Shown here piece after piece: positions 29,364 to 39,254 of a stretch of 64,000 nucleotides of DNA (position 1 is its first letter; every line of letters begins with the position of its first letter). Source of the DNA: Planctomycetota bacterium (GTDB lineage: Bacteria > Planctomycetota > UBA8108 > SXIK01); assembly GCA_965223845.1 (NCBI GenBank), contig CBDCXR010000004.1, positions 4,320,001 to 4,384,000 of the forward strand. Reading direction: 5' to 3'. The notes beneath the pieces are model-generated. The model had not been told where the DNA came from, ran no database searches, and saw only the letters and a list, made by a program, of their open reading frames with translations. The position numbers and the translations under genes are program-made.

Positions 29364-29581
29364 GCGGACTCCTGCGAGTTAGTTCGGGTTCCTCGCCACT
29401 TCATCTCCCGCCCCGGAGTTCTTGCGGCCCATGCGATAACCGCTTTCCGACGACACCGTGGATTCCACCGAGCGATTCTCTCAGGCGGCACCGGAGAATT
29501 CCACTCACGCCGGCCAATGAGCGCGACGCGACGCGCTTCGTACGGTCGACGATTGCCGGCAAAGAATCTGCGGATCTTTTT

Positions 29582-29610
29582 TTGACACGCGCGGGATGTG
29601 TCAATAGAGT
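29582..29610 (+). promoter_or_regulatory. Sigma70-type promoter of the BlaI-M56 operon
   Basis: TTGACA (29582-29587), 17 nt, TAGAGT (29605-29610), 43 nt before ATG 29653, with a GAGGAG RBS. Confidence 0.75.
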
Positions 29611-29621
29611 AACACCTGTTA
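29610..29621. promoter_or_regulatory. Putative BlaI/CopY-type operator palindrome TAACA-CC-TGTTA
   Basis: Perfect dyad adjoining the -10 element; resembles the TACA-NN-TGTA boxes of BlaI/MecI/CopY. Confidence 0.55.
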
Positions 29622-29652
29622 ACACATTGGCACTTCGAGAGGAGCCGCGGGA

Positions 29653-30042
29653 ATGGCGAAGAAGATCAAGCGCAAGCTGGCACCCCGGGAGCAGCAGATC
29701 ATGGACGTGCTCCACCAGCTCGGGAAGGCGTCCGTGGCCGAAGTGCGCGAGCGCCTCACCGATCCGCCGAGCTACTCCGCCGTGCGGACGATGCTCGGGC
29801 AGCTCGAACGAAAAGACCGAGTGCGGCGGGACCGCGACGGCGTGAAGCACCTTTACTCGGCGGTGGAGTCCAAGCGGTCCGCCAGCCGCTCCGCACTGCG
29901 GAGCGTGATCGAGACGTTCTTTCCCAAATCGGCCGGCGACGCACTCGCCGCGCTCATCGATGATTCGGCGAAAAAGCTCACGGACGAGGACCTCGACCGA
30001 CTCGAAGAAGCGATCGAGCGAGCTCGCAGAAAGGAACGGTAG
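29653..30042 (+). CDS. BlaI/MecI/CopY family transcriptional repressor
   Basis: LAPREQQIMDVL..ASVAEV..SYSAVRTML..LERK..Y; FF..S..AALI..LDRLEEAI. Confidence 0.92.
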   Translation: MAKKIKRKLAPREQQIMDVLHQLGKASVAEVRERLTDPPSYSAVRTMLGQLERKDRVRRDRDGVKHLYSAVESKRSASRSALRSVIETFFPKSAGDALAALIDDSAKKLTDEDLDRLEEAIERARRKER

Positions 30043-30044
30043 GC

Positions 30045-33000
30045 ATGAACCTCCACGACATCTTATTCGGCAACGGCTCGATGGAGCGGGGATTCTCCGC
30101 AACCGCGTTTGTACTGGATACGGCCGCGAAGGTTGCGGTTCTGCTCGTCCTGGCCGGCTTGATGACGCTGATCCTCCGCAAGCGCACGGCGGCCACCGTG
30201 CATCGCGTCTGGGTGCTCGCGTTCTTCGGTTGCCTAGCCACCCCGCTCGTCACGCTGATCGCTCCGGCTTGGTCGCTGCCGATCCTTCCCGAGTCGACGC
30301 CCGAGGATGTGGCGCCGAGATCTGGCGTCATAGCGACTGCGATTCCGGCCCCGATCCCGCTCTCGCCGCCCGCGGCCGCCGGAGGTCTCGAGGCGGCGCT
30401 TCCGTCACCTTCGACGCCGGCGCCCTCATATGAACCTCCCGGCCTCACGAAACGAGCGACGACACCAGCGCCGGAGATCCGTCCTCCGCGCGAAGAACCA
30501 GCGTCCGGCGCAAACGACGATTGGTGGTCCTTTGCAGCGATCGCGGTGTGGCTCGGCGGCGTCCTCGCGTGTCTCGGGATCGCGATCCGCCAGCGCGTCC
30601 TGCTTCGCCGCCTGCTGAGACGGAGCGAGCCCATCGCCGAAGAGTCCTGGACGAGGACGGCAGCCGACGTGTCGCGAAGTCTCGAGTTCGACCGCCCCCT
30701 GCGGCTGAGACGAGTTTCGGATCTGCGGTCGCCGATGCTGGCCGGAATCCTTCAGCCCACCATTCTCCTCCCGGGCGACGCTGCGGAGTGGTCGCTAGAC
30801 CGACGGCGACTCGTACTGCTCCACGAAGCGGCTCACGCCAAGCGGCGTGACGTGTTCACGCAGACCATAGCGAGTCTCGTTTGCGCGCTTCACTGGTTCA
30901 ATCCGCTCGCTTGGTACGGACTCGCGCGCATGCGGCAACTGCGTGAGCTCGCCTGCGACGATCTCGTCGTCGCTCGAAGTCGTCAACCGGCGGACTACGC
31001 CGAGGTGCTCCTCGACGTCGCGAAGTCCTACCGGCATCGCAGTCTTCATATGGCGGTAGGAATGGCGCGGTGTTCGAACGTGGAGCGCCGGATCAGGGCC
31101 GTTCTCGACAGAGCGCGCAGTCGTGCCGCGCTCTCTCGAGGGATGGCTGGCGTACTGCTCGTCTGCGCCGCAGTCGTCGTCACGACGGTGGCGCCGATTC
31201 AGTTCGAGTCGGTCGCGAGCTCTCCCAAGATCGCCGCGAGCGACGCGGTGGAAGCCGAAGAAGACGCAGCTCCGCCGGCCGAGACGGAAGCGCCTTCGTC
31301 CTCCGACGAGTTGACGCAGGCAGAACCGGAACCGCTCACCATCGAGGTTCGAGTTCTCGACGAAGAAGGTCAGCCGCTCCCCGGTAGCAAGGTCCGAGTG
31401 TCGATCTGGGAGCTCGAGCGAACCGGCAAGTTTCCGACCACCGAGTACCCCACCGACGCCGACGGGATCGCGCGGGTGAAGCGCCCGCGCGGTCTGCGCA
31501 TCCTGCGGCTGTGGGCCAAGCGGCCCGGTCACGTCTCGGAATTCGTCAACTTCGCTCAGGGCTCTCACGAAGAGGGGCGCCTCATTCCCGATCAGTACGA
31601 ATTCAGGCTCGCGCGCGGCACGCGCCTCAGCGGCGTCGTTGTCGACGAGACCGGACGGCCGATCGCGGGCGCGAACGTGAAGGTTCGCGTCGACGTTCGC
31701 CAGCCGCGCTGGGGTGTGAATCCCGAACCGACGATTGATACGTGGATCTCGTCCGGCGGTGTACTCACCGATAAGGCCGGCCGGTGGCACGTAGACAACG
31801 CACCGGCCCCGCGGTCGCCGAACGACTTTCCGTTCCGGCTCAGGGTGACCCATTCGGACCACGTGGGCGATTCGGAGTGGGGTCAACTTCAGAAACAGCA
31901 GGGAGTAGGCTCCGATGCTCTGCGTGACGGCACAGCCAAGATCGTCGTTCCGTCGGGGGTCTCCGTTCGCGGGACGATCGTCGATTCGAAGGGGAACCCC
32001 GTTACGAAAGGATCGGTCATCTGGGGCACGGAGCCCCACGGCGATGCGAGCCGCTTCGAAGCGAAACTCGACGACGCCGGTCGATTCCAGACGAAACCGC
32101 TGCTTCTCGGGGAACACCCCTTCACCATCATCGCCCCCGGGTTTCGACCGGAGCGACGTACGTTAAGTGTCTCGCGCACGATGGAAGACGTCCGGATGCA
32201 ACTCGTGCCCGGGAAGCGTCTCGCGATCAAAGTCGTCGATACCGAAGGACAACCGGTGCCGGGGGCTCGGGTGTTCGTGGGGAGCTGGCGAGGGGTCGAG
32301 CCGCCGTTCCGCGGCGGAGGGTCGAGCATCCTCCAATCTCGAGTGCCCGGATCGGGCGGCGACGACGGCGTTTACCGGTGGGACTGGGCTCCGCCGGACG
32401 CCGTGACGTACGTGATTTCGGCCAGAGGTTACGCCTCGGTCACGGCCACGTTGATCCCGACGAAGGAAGGGCATGTCGTCACGCTGCCACCAGAGCTCGT
32501 CGCCTCCGGGCGGGTAACCGATGCGAAAACCGGCGAACCGATCGAGCACTTCCGGGTGATTCCGGTGACCGAGTACCGGCCTAAGTTTCTCAACACACGG
32601 TTCCCGGACACCCTCATGGGCAGTGAGGGAAGCTACCGGATTCGGCTCGTTCAGCCCGGGCAACGAAACTATCGCTACCGAGTTCGCATCGAAGCCGATG
32701 GATATCGATCCTTCGTGAGTCCAACCTCTTACGGCGAACAAGACGGTCACGTGGCCTGCGACGTGGCCCTCGAGCCGGCGCCGGCCCGTGAAGGACGAGT
32801 CGTCGATCAAGAGGGCAAGGCGGTAGCCGACGCGACGGTAGTGTTGGCATCGCCCACGATGTTGCCGGCGATGAACAACCTGCAGGTCGACCGGGGTGGA
32901 CCGCTCGTTCGCTCCTCGCCAGGCGGGAAGTTCTCCTTCGCGGCGACCGCTGAACCCGTTCGAATCCGCGTCATCCACGAGAAGGGGTTCGCGGACGTCC

Positions 33001-34172
33001 GGCGAGAGCCGGGTGACCCCGCCGGGACCATCGCGCTTCAGAGCTGGGCCAGGGTCTCGGGACGTCTCGTCCAGGACGGGCATCCCGTCCGAGATCAGAT
33101 GGTCTACTTTCACGTGCTGCCGCGGGGAGAGCTCGGGGAACCCCGATTCCAAGAGACCTACACCGCAACGACGAACGCGGAGGGACGATTCGACTTCGCG
33201 CGGTTGCCGCCGATCAGCGGAAACGTCCGCGCCTACCTCGGACCGTGGCAGGATTCACCACTCACCTCCAGTCGGTCCCTCCCTCTCTCACTCCGACCCG
33301 GTGAGCATCGAGAGCTGGTACTCGGCGGCGAGGGCGTTTCCATCACCGGCCAGGTCGTCGCGACCGGACGTGAGGCCCACCTCAATCGCAACTGGTCGCT
33401 CAATTACTTGATCAGCCGAGATCGCGAGATCCCCGCGCCGAAGGGGATGCCGCGCACGAGCTTCGACCCATCACAGCCGGTCCAGACCTCGTGGTTTCTC
33501 GACCCGAACCACCACGAATGGCTCCGGACGCGCGAGAACTACTTCGTGAAGCTCACTCCCGATGGTGAGTTCACGATCAGCGGTGTACGCCCGGGGCGGT
33601 ACGACCTCATCTTTCAGCTTTACGAACAACCCGCGGGATGTCTCGTGGAGTCGGTCGGAGCCCGCGTGATCGCGGTCGAGGTGACCGAACGAGATGAAGC
33701 CGCCGGTGTGAAGCCACTCGGGACCATCGAAGTGGCGTGCCGCGCCGGCCCGAGACCGGGTGAAGACATGCGGGTGTACCGATTCGACGACTCCACGGGT
33801 CGCGAGCGGACGATCGGCGACATGACCGGACGTTTCGTGGTTCTCCACGCCTGGGCGAGTTGGTGCGCGCCGTGCCTAACGAGTCTGCCGGACATCAAGG
33901 CGACTCACGACCGACTGTCCGGCCGGCCGGTCACGTTCGTCGGACTCAACCTCGACAAGAATGCTGCCGACGGGAAGGCACTCGCCCGACAAGGCGGTTG
34001 GAACTGGTCTCAGAACTATCTCGGCGACGAATCCGACATGGCTCGCCAGCTCGCGATCAGCTCACTGCCAACCTACTTCTTGATCGGAACGGACGGAACG
34101 TTGATCACCGCGGCGAACGATTGGAAGGAGATCGAGGCCCGGCTCGAGTCCGAGCTCGACATCAGCAAATGA
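30045..34172 (+). CDS. M56 (BlaR1-like) peptidase with carboxypeptidase-regulatory-like beta-sandwich repeats and a C-terminal redoxin domain
   Basis: LLHEAAHAKRRD, HWFNPLAW, RELACDD, ERRIRAVL; repeated GxVVD-G-P(I/V)xGAxV; WASWCAPC. Confidence 0.9.
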   Translation: MNLHDILFGNGSMERGFSATAFVLDTAAKVAVLLVLAGLMTLILRKRTAATVHRVWVLAFFGCLATPLVTLIAPAWSLPILPESTPEDVAPRSGVIATAIPAPIPLSPPAAAGGLEAALPSPSTPAPSYEPPGLTKRATTPAPEIRPPREEPASGANDDWWSFAAIAVWLGGVLACLGIAIRQRVLLRRLLRRSEPIAEESWTRTAADVSRSLEFDRPLRLRRVSDLRSPMLAGILQPTILLPGDAAEWSLDRRRLVLLHEAAHAKRRDVFTQTIASLVCALHWFNPLAWYGLARMRQLRELACDDLVVARSRQPADYAEVLLDVAKSYRHRSLHMAVGMARCSNVERRIRAVLDRARSRAALSRGMAGVLLVCAAVVVTTVAPIQFESVASSPKIAASDAVEAEEDAAPPAETEAPSSSDELTQAEPEPLTIEVRVLDEEGQPLPGSKVRVSIWELERTGKFPTTEYPTDADGIARVKRPRGLRILRLWAKRPGHVSEFVNFAQGSHEEGRLIPDQYEFRLARGTRLSGVVVDETGRPIAGANVKVRVDVRQPRWGVNPEPTIDTWISSGGVLTDKAGRWHVDNAPAPRSPNDFPFRLRVTHSDHVGDSEWGQLQKQQGVGSDALRDGTAKIVVPSGVSVRGTIVDSKGNPVTKGSVIWGTEPHGDASRFEAKLDDAGRFQTKPLLLGEHPFTIIAPGFRPERRTLSVSRTMEDVRMQLVPGKRLAIKVVDTEGQPVPGARVFVGSWRGVEPPFRGGGSSILQSRVPGSGGDDGVYRWDWAPPDAVTYVISARGYASVTATLIPTKEGHVVTLPPELVASGRVTDAKTGEPIEHFRVIPVTEYRPKFLNTRFPDTLMGSEGSYRIRLVQPGQRNYRYRVRIEADGYRSFVSPTSYGEQDGHVACDVALEPAPAREGRVVDQEGKAVADATVVLASPTMLPAMNNLQVDRGGPLVRSSPGGKFSFAATAEPVRIRVIHEKGFADVRREPGDPAGTIALQSWARVSGRLVQDGHPVRDQMVYFHVLPRGELGEPRFQETYTATTNAEGRFDFARLPPISGNVRAYLGPWQDSPLTSSRSLPLSLRPGEHRELVLGGEGVSITGQVVATGREAHLNRNWSLNYLISRDREIPAPKGMPRTSFDPSQPVQTSWFLDPNHHEWLRTRENYFVKLTPDGEFTISGVRPGRYDLIFQLYEQPAGCLVESVGARVIAVEVTERDEAAGVKPLGTIEVACRAGPRPGEDMRVYRFDDSTGRERTIGDMTGRFVVLHAWASWCAPCLTSLPDIKATHDRLSGRPVTFVGLNLDKNAADGKALARQGGWNWSQNYLGDESDMARQLAISSLPTYFLIGTDGTLITAANDWKEIEARLESELDISK

Positions 34173-34217
34173 CGATTCTTCGCCACCCCGCTCGACGAGA
34201 CGGATCGAACGCCGTGC

Positions 34218-34451
34218 TCAAACCGCCCCGATTTCGACGTCGGCTTCGATTGGGTAGAGCTCGTCGAGCACGTTCTGAATCTGCTCTGCAGTGATGTACC
34301 CCTTCTCGAGCAGCATCTGACCGAGGAGCTTCACCTCCCCGCCGGCTTCTCGTTCGGCCGCCTGCTCGATGAGAGCTTCGGCGAGTTGCGACGCGCTGAC
34401 GAATTCCCTCTTCAGGGCGACTTCCCCGAAGAATCGATACCGGTCTCCCAT
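34218..34451 (-). CDS. Small stand-alone MshEN-like protein
   Basis: Two tandem motifs, RFFGEVALKREFVSASQLAEALIEQ and KLLGQMLLEKGYITAEQIQNVL; AAGGA RBS. Confidence 0.75.
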   Translation of the reverse strand: MGDRYRFFGEVALKREFVSASQLAEALIEQAAEREAGGEVKLLGQMLLEKGYITAEQIQNVLDELYPIEADVEIGAV

Positions 34452-34838
34452 GATTCCTTTCTCCTTCGTTCATTCCCGGGCGAGAAGCGATCGAACGATC
34501 CGCACCGGTGCGGCGGACTCGATCGACTCCCGCTCGAATTCCACAAACTGCTCGGCTCGCGATGCTCCTCCGAGCTCCCAAGCGAAACAAGCGAGTGTCC
34601 AAGGCGTTGACGATTCGTCGCTGGACGGGCCGTCTCGTTGCGCTCGAGCTTTCCCCTTCACCCACGATCAGCTCGGGCCCTTCGATTCTCGTTGCCGTGG
34701 AATCGAAGCGCGCTCGCCGCGGAGCGCGGCTGTCTCTTCGTTCCCCGGCGGAGCTCGATCGGCCCTCGCCGAAGGGTCTGCCGCAAGCGGTGTGCCGAAG
34801 CGATCGGAGGCACCGTAGAGTTCGGCCGCCGCCCGTAC

Positions 34839-37508
34839 TTATCGGACGGACGGAGTACTTCCCGACTGCCTCCCCGTCGCGGTCGGTACGACTTCCCGCG
34901 ACCGCGCGGAGATACCGGCGACATCGTTAAGGTGGCAGCGCAGGCCGATCGCGCTCAGTACGCGACCGTGCGGAAGGCGGACCTTTCGCTCGAGCCCGCC
35001 GCGCGGCTCGACTCCGGCGCGAAACTCCTTCTCCTCGCCGAGCGTTCCGTCCGCGCTGAGCGGTCGTCCCCAAACGGCGAGGGTCTTCACGTCCCATTCG
35101 GGAGCGATCCGCGCGCCGAAGCCGGTCGCGACGAAGCCGTCCGGGAGATCGATCGCCGCTTCGAGCCCGGCATCCGTCTCCCAGCCGCCGACGAGGAACT
35201 CGCTCTCGCCGAGAGTCCCGTCGGACGACACCGGCGCGACGCGGAGCCGGAGCGTCGTCACGTTGTCCCTCGCGGCGCGCGCGCCGATTCCGGTGATCAC
35301 GAATCCGGGTGGAGCCGAAAGAGATGCCTCGACGCGATCGCTCGCATCGGCGCGTTCGTGCGCCAGCGCGAGAGCGCGTCCCGTTCGCTGGCCGACGAGC
35401 GTCGTTCCGGCCGACGGCGAACGTTCCGACGCGCCAAGATCGAAGACGCGAACGTTGTCGACGAACGCGCTGGCGCGGTCGAGATCGCGCCAACGAAAGA
35501 AATCGACGCCGATCGTCGCCTCGTCTCCCGCCGCGCGGAACGTGTGCTCGAAGCGAAGCCACCGGCCATCCGTCCAGTACCACTGCGTCCCGTTCGCGTC
35601 GCCGTTCTCCTCGCCCGCGCGGGGATCGGCCCAGAGTCGCACGCGCGTGTCTCCTCGCGGACCGTTCCGAACCGAAGTGTGCGCGCGTACGGACACGAGA
35701 TACACGTGACCGGACTCGGTCGGGATCCGCCGGAAGAGCGAGCTCTCCGCGAAGACTTGCTCGCGCTTCTTTCCGGCCGCGATCGACCAGCCGGCCATCT
35801 TCTTTCCCTCCCACTGCGATATGCGTTCAGCGCCTTCGCCCTGCTCGACCAGGCTCGCGATGGCGTCCGGGCCGGAAGTCATCCAACCTTCAAGCCCGTC
35901 CTCGAAGCCCGCGTTCTCGATCGGCACGGTGCGCGCGAAACGAATCACATTTCGGTGGCTCGGCTGCGCCGGCACCGGCGGCGCGAGTGGGAGAAGAATC
36001 GCCGGGTGATCGGGATAGAGAGGCGGCGGGGGCGGTGGATGCGGACCTCCAGGAGGACGGAGGCGGTAGACCGGCGTCCTCCACTCGGCACCGCCCGCTG
36101 AACGGGCGACGAGCCGAAGATCATGATCGTGACCGCGCCAGAGGTCATCGAAGACGATCTCGCTTTCGCCGATCGGTAGCTCGGCGGTGCGCACTTCGCG
36201 CGGACTGAGCCGTGTGAGCTCGACGGCGACGGTCGCGGGGGCCGTGGTTCCCCAACGAAGCCGGAGATCGCTCTTCTTTTCGTAGCTCGCGCGCAAGTTG
36301 TAGATCGCGGGTCCGGCCGCGTCTGGAATCTCACCGTAGATCCATGCGCGGACGTCGTGCCGCTGAACCTCCGTTTCGCTCGGTGCGGGGATCGAGCCCT
36401 TGTGCGGGATCGTGAACACCTCGAGGCGATACTCGCCGCCGGTCTCGACATCGAGCTCGCCCGAACCGAACAGGAACTGCGCCCGGCGTGTCGTCCCCGG
36501 AGTCGTGCACGCAACGTTCCACTTCGGTCCGGCGAGAAGCCTCGGGACGGGATCGGTCGACCAAACCCGAGCGACGACGTCTCGGCACTTCTCGGGAGCC
36601 GGCGACAGCTTCGCGTCGATGAGACGAACGCTCGGAGCGCGCGAGACAAAGGAAACCCCCGCCGCCCCGTGCACCCAGCCTTCCTCGTCGGCGTCGAGGA
36701 CGAGCGCGCGTGTCACCTCGGGCGGCTCTTCGACGATCCACGCGCCGAGATCGCTGCCGGCGACGCGTCGGCCATCGACGAAGAGTTCACCGCGGGCGTA
36801 GGCGTCGCCCGTCGCGTGCAGGTAGGGACGCCACGGTTCGCCATCTTCGCGGCGAAGAGCTATCGCGTACGTGGCTCCGGGAACGAGAGGCACATCTCCC
36901 GCACGCCAGCGACACCACCCCCACTCGGTCGAGTACCCGCCGCGAAACCGGCGCACGCTGCCGACGCGCTTCCCCGAAGGTCCGCCCGCGCGCACTTCCG
37001 CGAAAAAGCGCCCCGGGCGCGTCGCCACGAGCAAAGTGAAGCTGACGAGCTCGCGACCAGTCGCGCTGAACGTCTGCACGAACTCCCGTCCGGTGGCCCC
37101 CCAGACGCACGCATCGGGAGCGTAGACGTGGTCGATGAGAACGTCTCCGGCGTTGATCACTCCCGACTCGACGGCGGCTCCGAGAACGAACCGCGGAAAG
37201 AACGCGTAGGTCTCCGCAAACGTGTACGAAATCCGTCCCTGGCGAAAGGGATACTCGGTGTAGCCGCTCGTCGCCATCCCGGTCGACGACGTCTTCGGCG
37301 TTCCGTCGATGATGCACACGGTCCGCGTCCGCGGATAGAGAGGCGCGTTTCGCTCCGCATCGAGCATGCGGTAGAAGAGAACTTCCCCCGAGCGCTTCTC
37401 CTCGGCGGCGAGCGGCAACGCGTAAACGAGCGTCGATGCGAGGATCGCGATCCATGCTCGCGCGCGCGAGTGGTGGAGAGGAGAGAGGACCGAAGTCGCG
37501 AGAGACAT
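34839..37508 (-). CDS. Secreted multidomain hypothetical protein with CBM-like domains and a C-terminal threefold repeat
   Basis: Signal peptide, poly-Pro linker, IENAGFEDGLEGW, three PxG(F/R)VxxxxGxR repeats; GAGG RBS. Confidence 0.7.
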   Translation of the reverse strand: MSLATSVLSPLHHSRARAWIAILASTLVYALPLAAEEKRSGEVLFYRMLDAERNAPLYPRTRTVCIIDGTPKTSSTGMATSGYTEYPFRQGRISYTFAETYAFFPRFVLGAAVESGVINAGDVLIDHVYAPDACVWGATGREFVQTFSATGRELVSFTLLVATRPGRFFAEVRAGGPSGKRVGSVRRFRGGYSTEWGWCRWRAGDVPLVPGATYAIALRREDGEPWRPYLHATGDAYARGELFVDGRRVAGSDLGAWIVEEPPEVTRALVLDADEEGWVHGAAGVSFVSRAPSVRLIDAKLSPAPEKCRDVVARVWSTDPVPRLLAGPKWNVACTTPGTTRRAQFLFGSGELDVETGGEYRLEVFTIPHKGSIPAPSETEVQRHDVRAWIYGEIPDAAGPAIYNLRASYEKKSDLRLRWGTTAPATVAVELTRLSPREVRTAELPIGESEIVFDDLWRGHDHDLRLVARSAGGAEWRTPVYRLRPPGGPHPPPPPPLYPDHPAILLPLAPPVPAQPSHRNVIRFARTVPIENAGFEDGLEGWMTSGPDAIASLVEQGEGAERISQWEGKKMAGWSIAAGKKREQVFAESSLFRRIPTESGHVYLVSVRAHTSVRNGPRGDTRVRLWADPRAGEENGDANGTQWYWTDGRWLRFEHTFRAAGDEATIGVDFFRWRDLDRASAFVDNVRVFDLGASERSPSAGTTLVGQRTGRALALAHERADASDRVEASLSAPPGFVITGIGARAARDNVTTLRLRVAPVSSDGTLGESEFLVGGWETDAGLEAAIDLPDGFVATGFGARIAPEWDVKTLAVWGRPLSADGTLGEEKEFRAGVEPRGGLERKVRLPHGRVLSAIGLRCHLNDVAGISARSREVVPTATGRQSGSTPSVR

Positions 37509-37724
37509 GATCTACCTCGGGGTCGAGCGGGGAAGGGGAGCCAGCGCAGCGTGCGAGCCGAGGCGCCGCCCGACGCTGATTCTCCGGTCGAGCGCGCGAC
37601 GGTCAAGCAGTTCCGCTGCCCGAGCGCACCGAGCACGGATTGCGTTTTGGGCCGCGGCCCCGTATCTCTCGAGACATCGTCTCGCGTCTCACACGGTCGC
37701 CGTCCGCCGCACTCAGTCAGGCAC

Positions 37725-39254
37725 ATGTCGCAATTGGAGAGAACGGCTCGAGCGAGCGCTTGGCGGTCGCCCGCCACGTGGGCGAGCGTGATCATCGCGA
37801 TCGGCGTCGTGCTGCGTGTACGGCAGTACCTCGCGAACCGCTCACTCTGGCTCGACGAGCTATGGCTCGCCAACAGCATTCTCTCGAGCGGATTCGCGGA
37901 GCTCGCCGAGCCGCTACCGAACGCCCAGACCGCGCCCGTCGGGTTTCTCTGGATCGTGAAGGGACTCACCGTCGCCTTCGGTTCGAGCGAGACCGTGCTC
38001 CGGCTCGTGCCGCTCGTCGCGGGGTCGGTCCTCCTCCCTCTCGTCTACATCGGCGCAAGCCCCCTCGCAGGTCGCGGTGTCGCTGCGATGGCAGTCGCGC
38101 TCCTCGCGTTCGAGAAGAGACATCTCAACTGGTCGCTCGAGCTGAAGCCGTACGCACTCGACGCGGTCGTCGCGTTCGCGCTCGTCCTTCTCTTCGTCCG
38201 TGCCGTGAAGCTGAGGTTCAGTGCGACCGCGACCGGCGCGCTCGTCGCCGGCGGGATCTTCGCGCTCTTCGTCTCGCATCCGGCAGTGATCATCCTCGCC
38301 GCCGGAATCGCGGGCGCCGCCGTCGCTACGCGCGACCGGCCGAGCACGACGTGGCCGAAGCTCGCGCTCGCGAGCGCGGTGTGGGCGGCGTGCTTCTCGC
38401 TTCAGTACTGGCTACTTCTACGCGACCAGATCGGGAACGGCGGCAATCAGGAATTCTGGCGCGATCACTTCCCACCCGCTCCGTTCGAATGGCCGAGCGA
38501 TCTCGCGTGGTTTCCGCTCGCCGTTCGCGACATCTTTCGTTCGACGATCAAGACGGGGCTACCCGAGATTTCTCTCGCGCTCTTCGTCGTCGGCGTCGGC
38601 GCACTCGCGCGCACGCAGCGCCTCGGGTCTATCTTCCTCGTCGCTCCCGTTCTCTTCGGTCTCGCCGCGGCGTCCCTTCGGCAGTATCCGTTCGGCGGTC
38701 GCCTCCTCACCTACTTCGCCCCCCTCGCGGGACTCGGCATCGCCGTGGGAGTCGGGTGGATCGGCTCGAGGACTCCTCGCTGGCCGCGCTTGCTCGCCGC
38801 GATCCTATTCGTCGCGGCGATGGCAGAAAACACCGCCGGTGCCGCGGCGCGATGCGTTCGGCCAGAGGAGAAGGAAGAGGCCCGCCCGGTGCTCGAAGCC
38901 GTCGCCACTCGATCCGAGCCGGGAGATCTCTACTACCTCGCGGTGAGCAGCGAACCGGCGTTTCGCTACTACGCAAGTCGCGCGGGGCTCGTCGACGTTC
39001 GCTCGAGCCGAGGAAGCCCGAGCCCGAACTCGTTCGAACACGAGCTCACAGAGCTCGCCGGCGAGCGCCGCGTGTGGATCTTCTTCGCGCACGGGATGCG
39101 GCTCCGCGGAGGCATCGACAACGAGAGGTCGGTGCTCGACATCGCCGATCGTCTCGGCGTCCGTCTCGACTCGGTGCGCGCGACGGGGTCGGCCGCCCAT
39201 CTCTACGATTTTCGGGCTCACTCCGCGTCAGAGGCTGCGGAGAAACGCGAGTAG
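37725..39254 (+). CDS. GT-C fold membrane glycosyltransferase (GT39/ArnT-like)
   Basis: NRSLWLDE, Q-x-APVGF, SETVLRL, ELKPY, QYPFGGRLL; many TM helices. The real start is ATG 37725 within the longer ORF. Confidence 0.85.
   Translation: MSQLERTARASAWRSPATWASVIIAIGVVLRVRQYLANRSLWLDELWLANSILSSGFAELAEPLPNAQTAPVGFLWIVKGLTVAFGSSETVLRLVPLVAGSVLLPLVYIGASPLAGRGVAAMAVALLAFEKRHLNWSLELKPYALDAVVAFALVLLFVRAVKLRFSATATGALVAGGIFALFVSHPAVIILAAGIAGAAVATRDRPSTTWPKLALASAVWAACFSLQYWLLLRDQIGNGGNQEFWRDHFPPAPFEWPSDLAWFPLAVRDIFRSTIKTGLPEISLALFVVGVGALARTQRLGSIFLVAPVLFGLAAASLRQYPFGGRLLTYFAPLAGLGIAVGVGWIGSRTPRWPRLLAAILFVAAMAENTAGAAARCVRPEEKEEARPVLEAVATRSEPGDLYYLAVSSEPAFRYYASRAGLVDVRSSRGSPSPNSFEHELTELAGERRVWIFFAHGMRLRGGIDNERSVLDIADRLGVRLDSVRATGSAAHLYDFRAHSASEAAEKRE

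Noticed and set aside
36357-37724. Apparent 456-aa N-terminal extension of the GT-C glycosyltransferase
   Set aside because: It is Arg-rich and largely antisense to the 889-aa gene. The membrane protein begins at ATG 37725.
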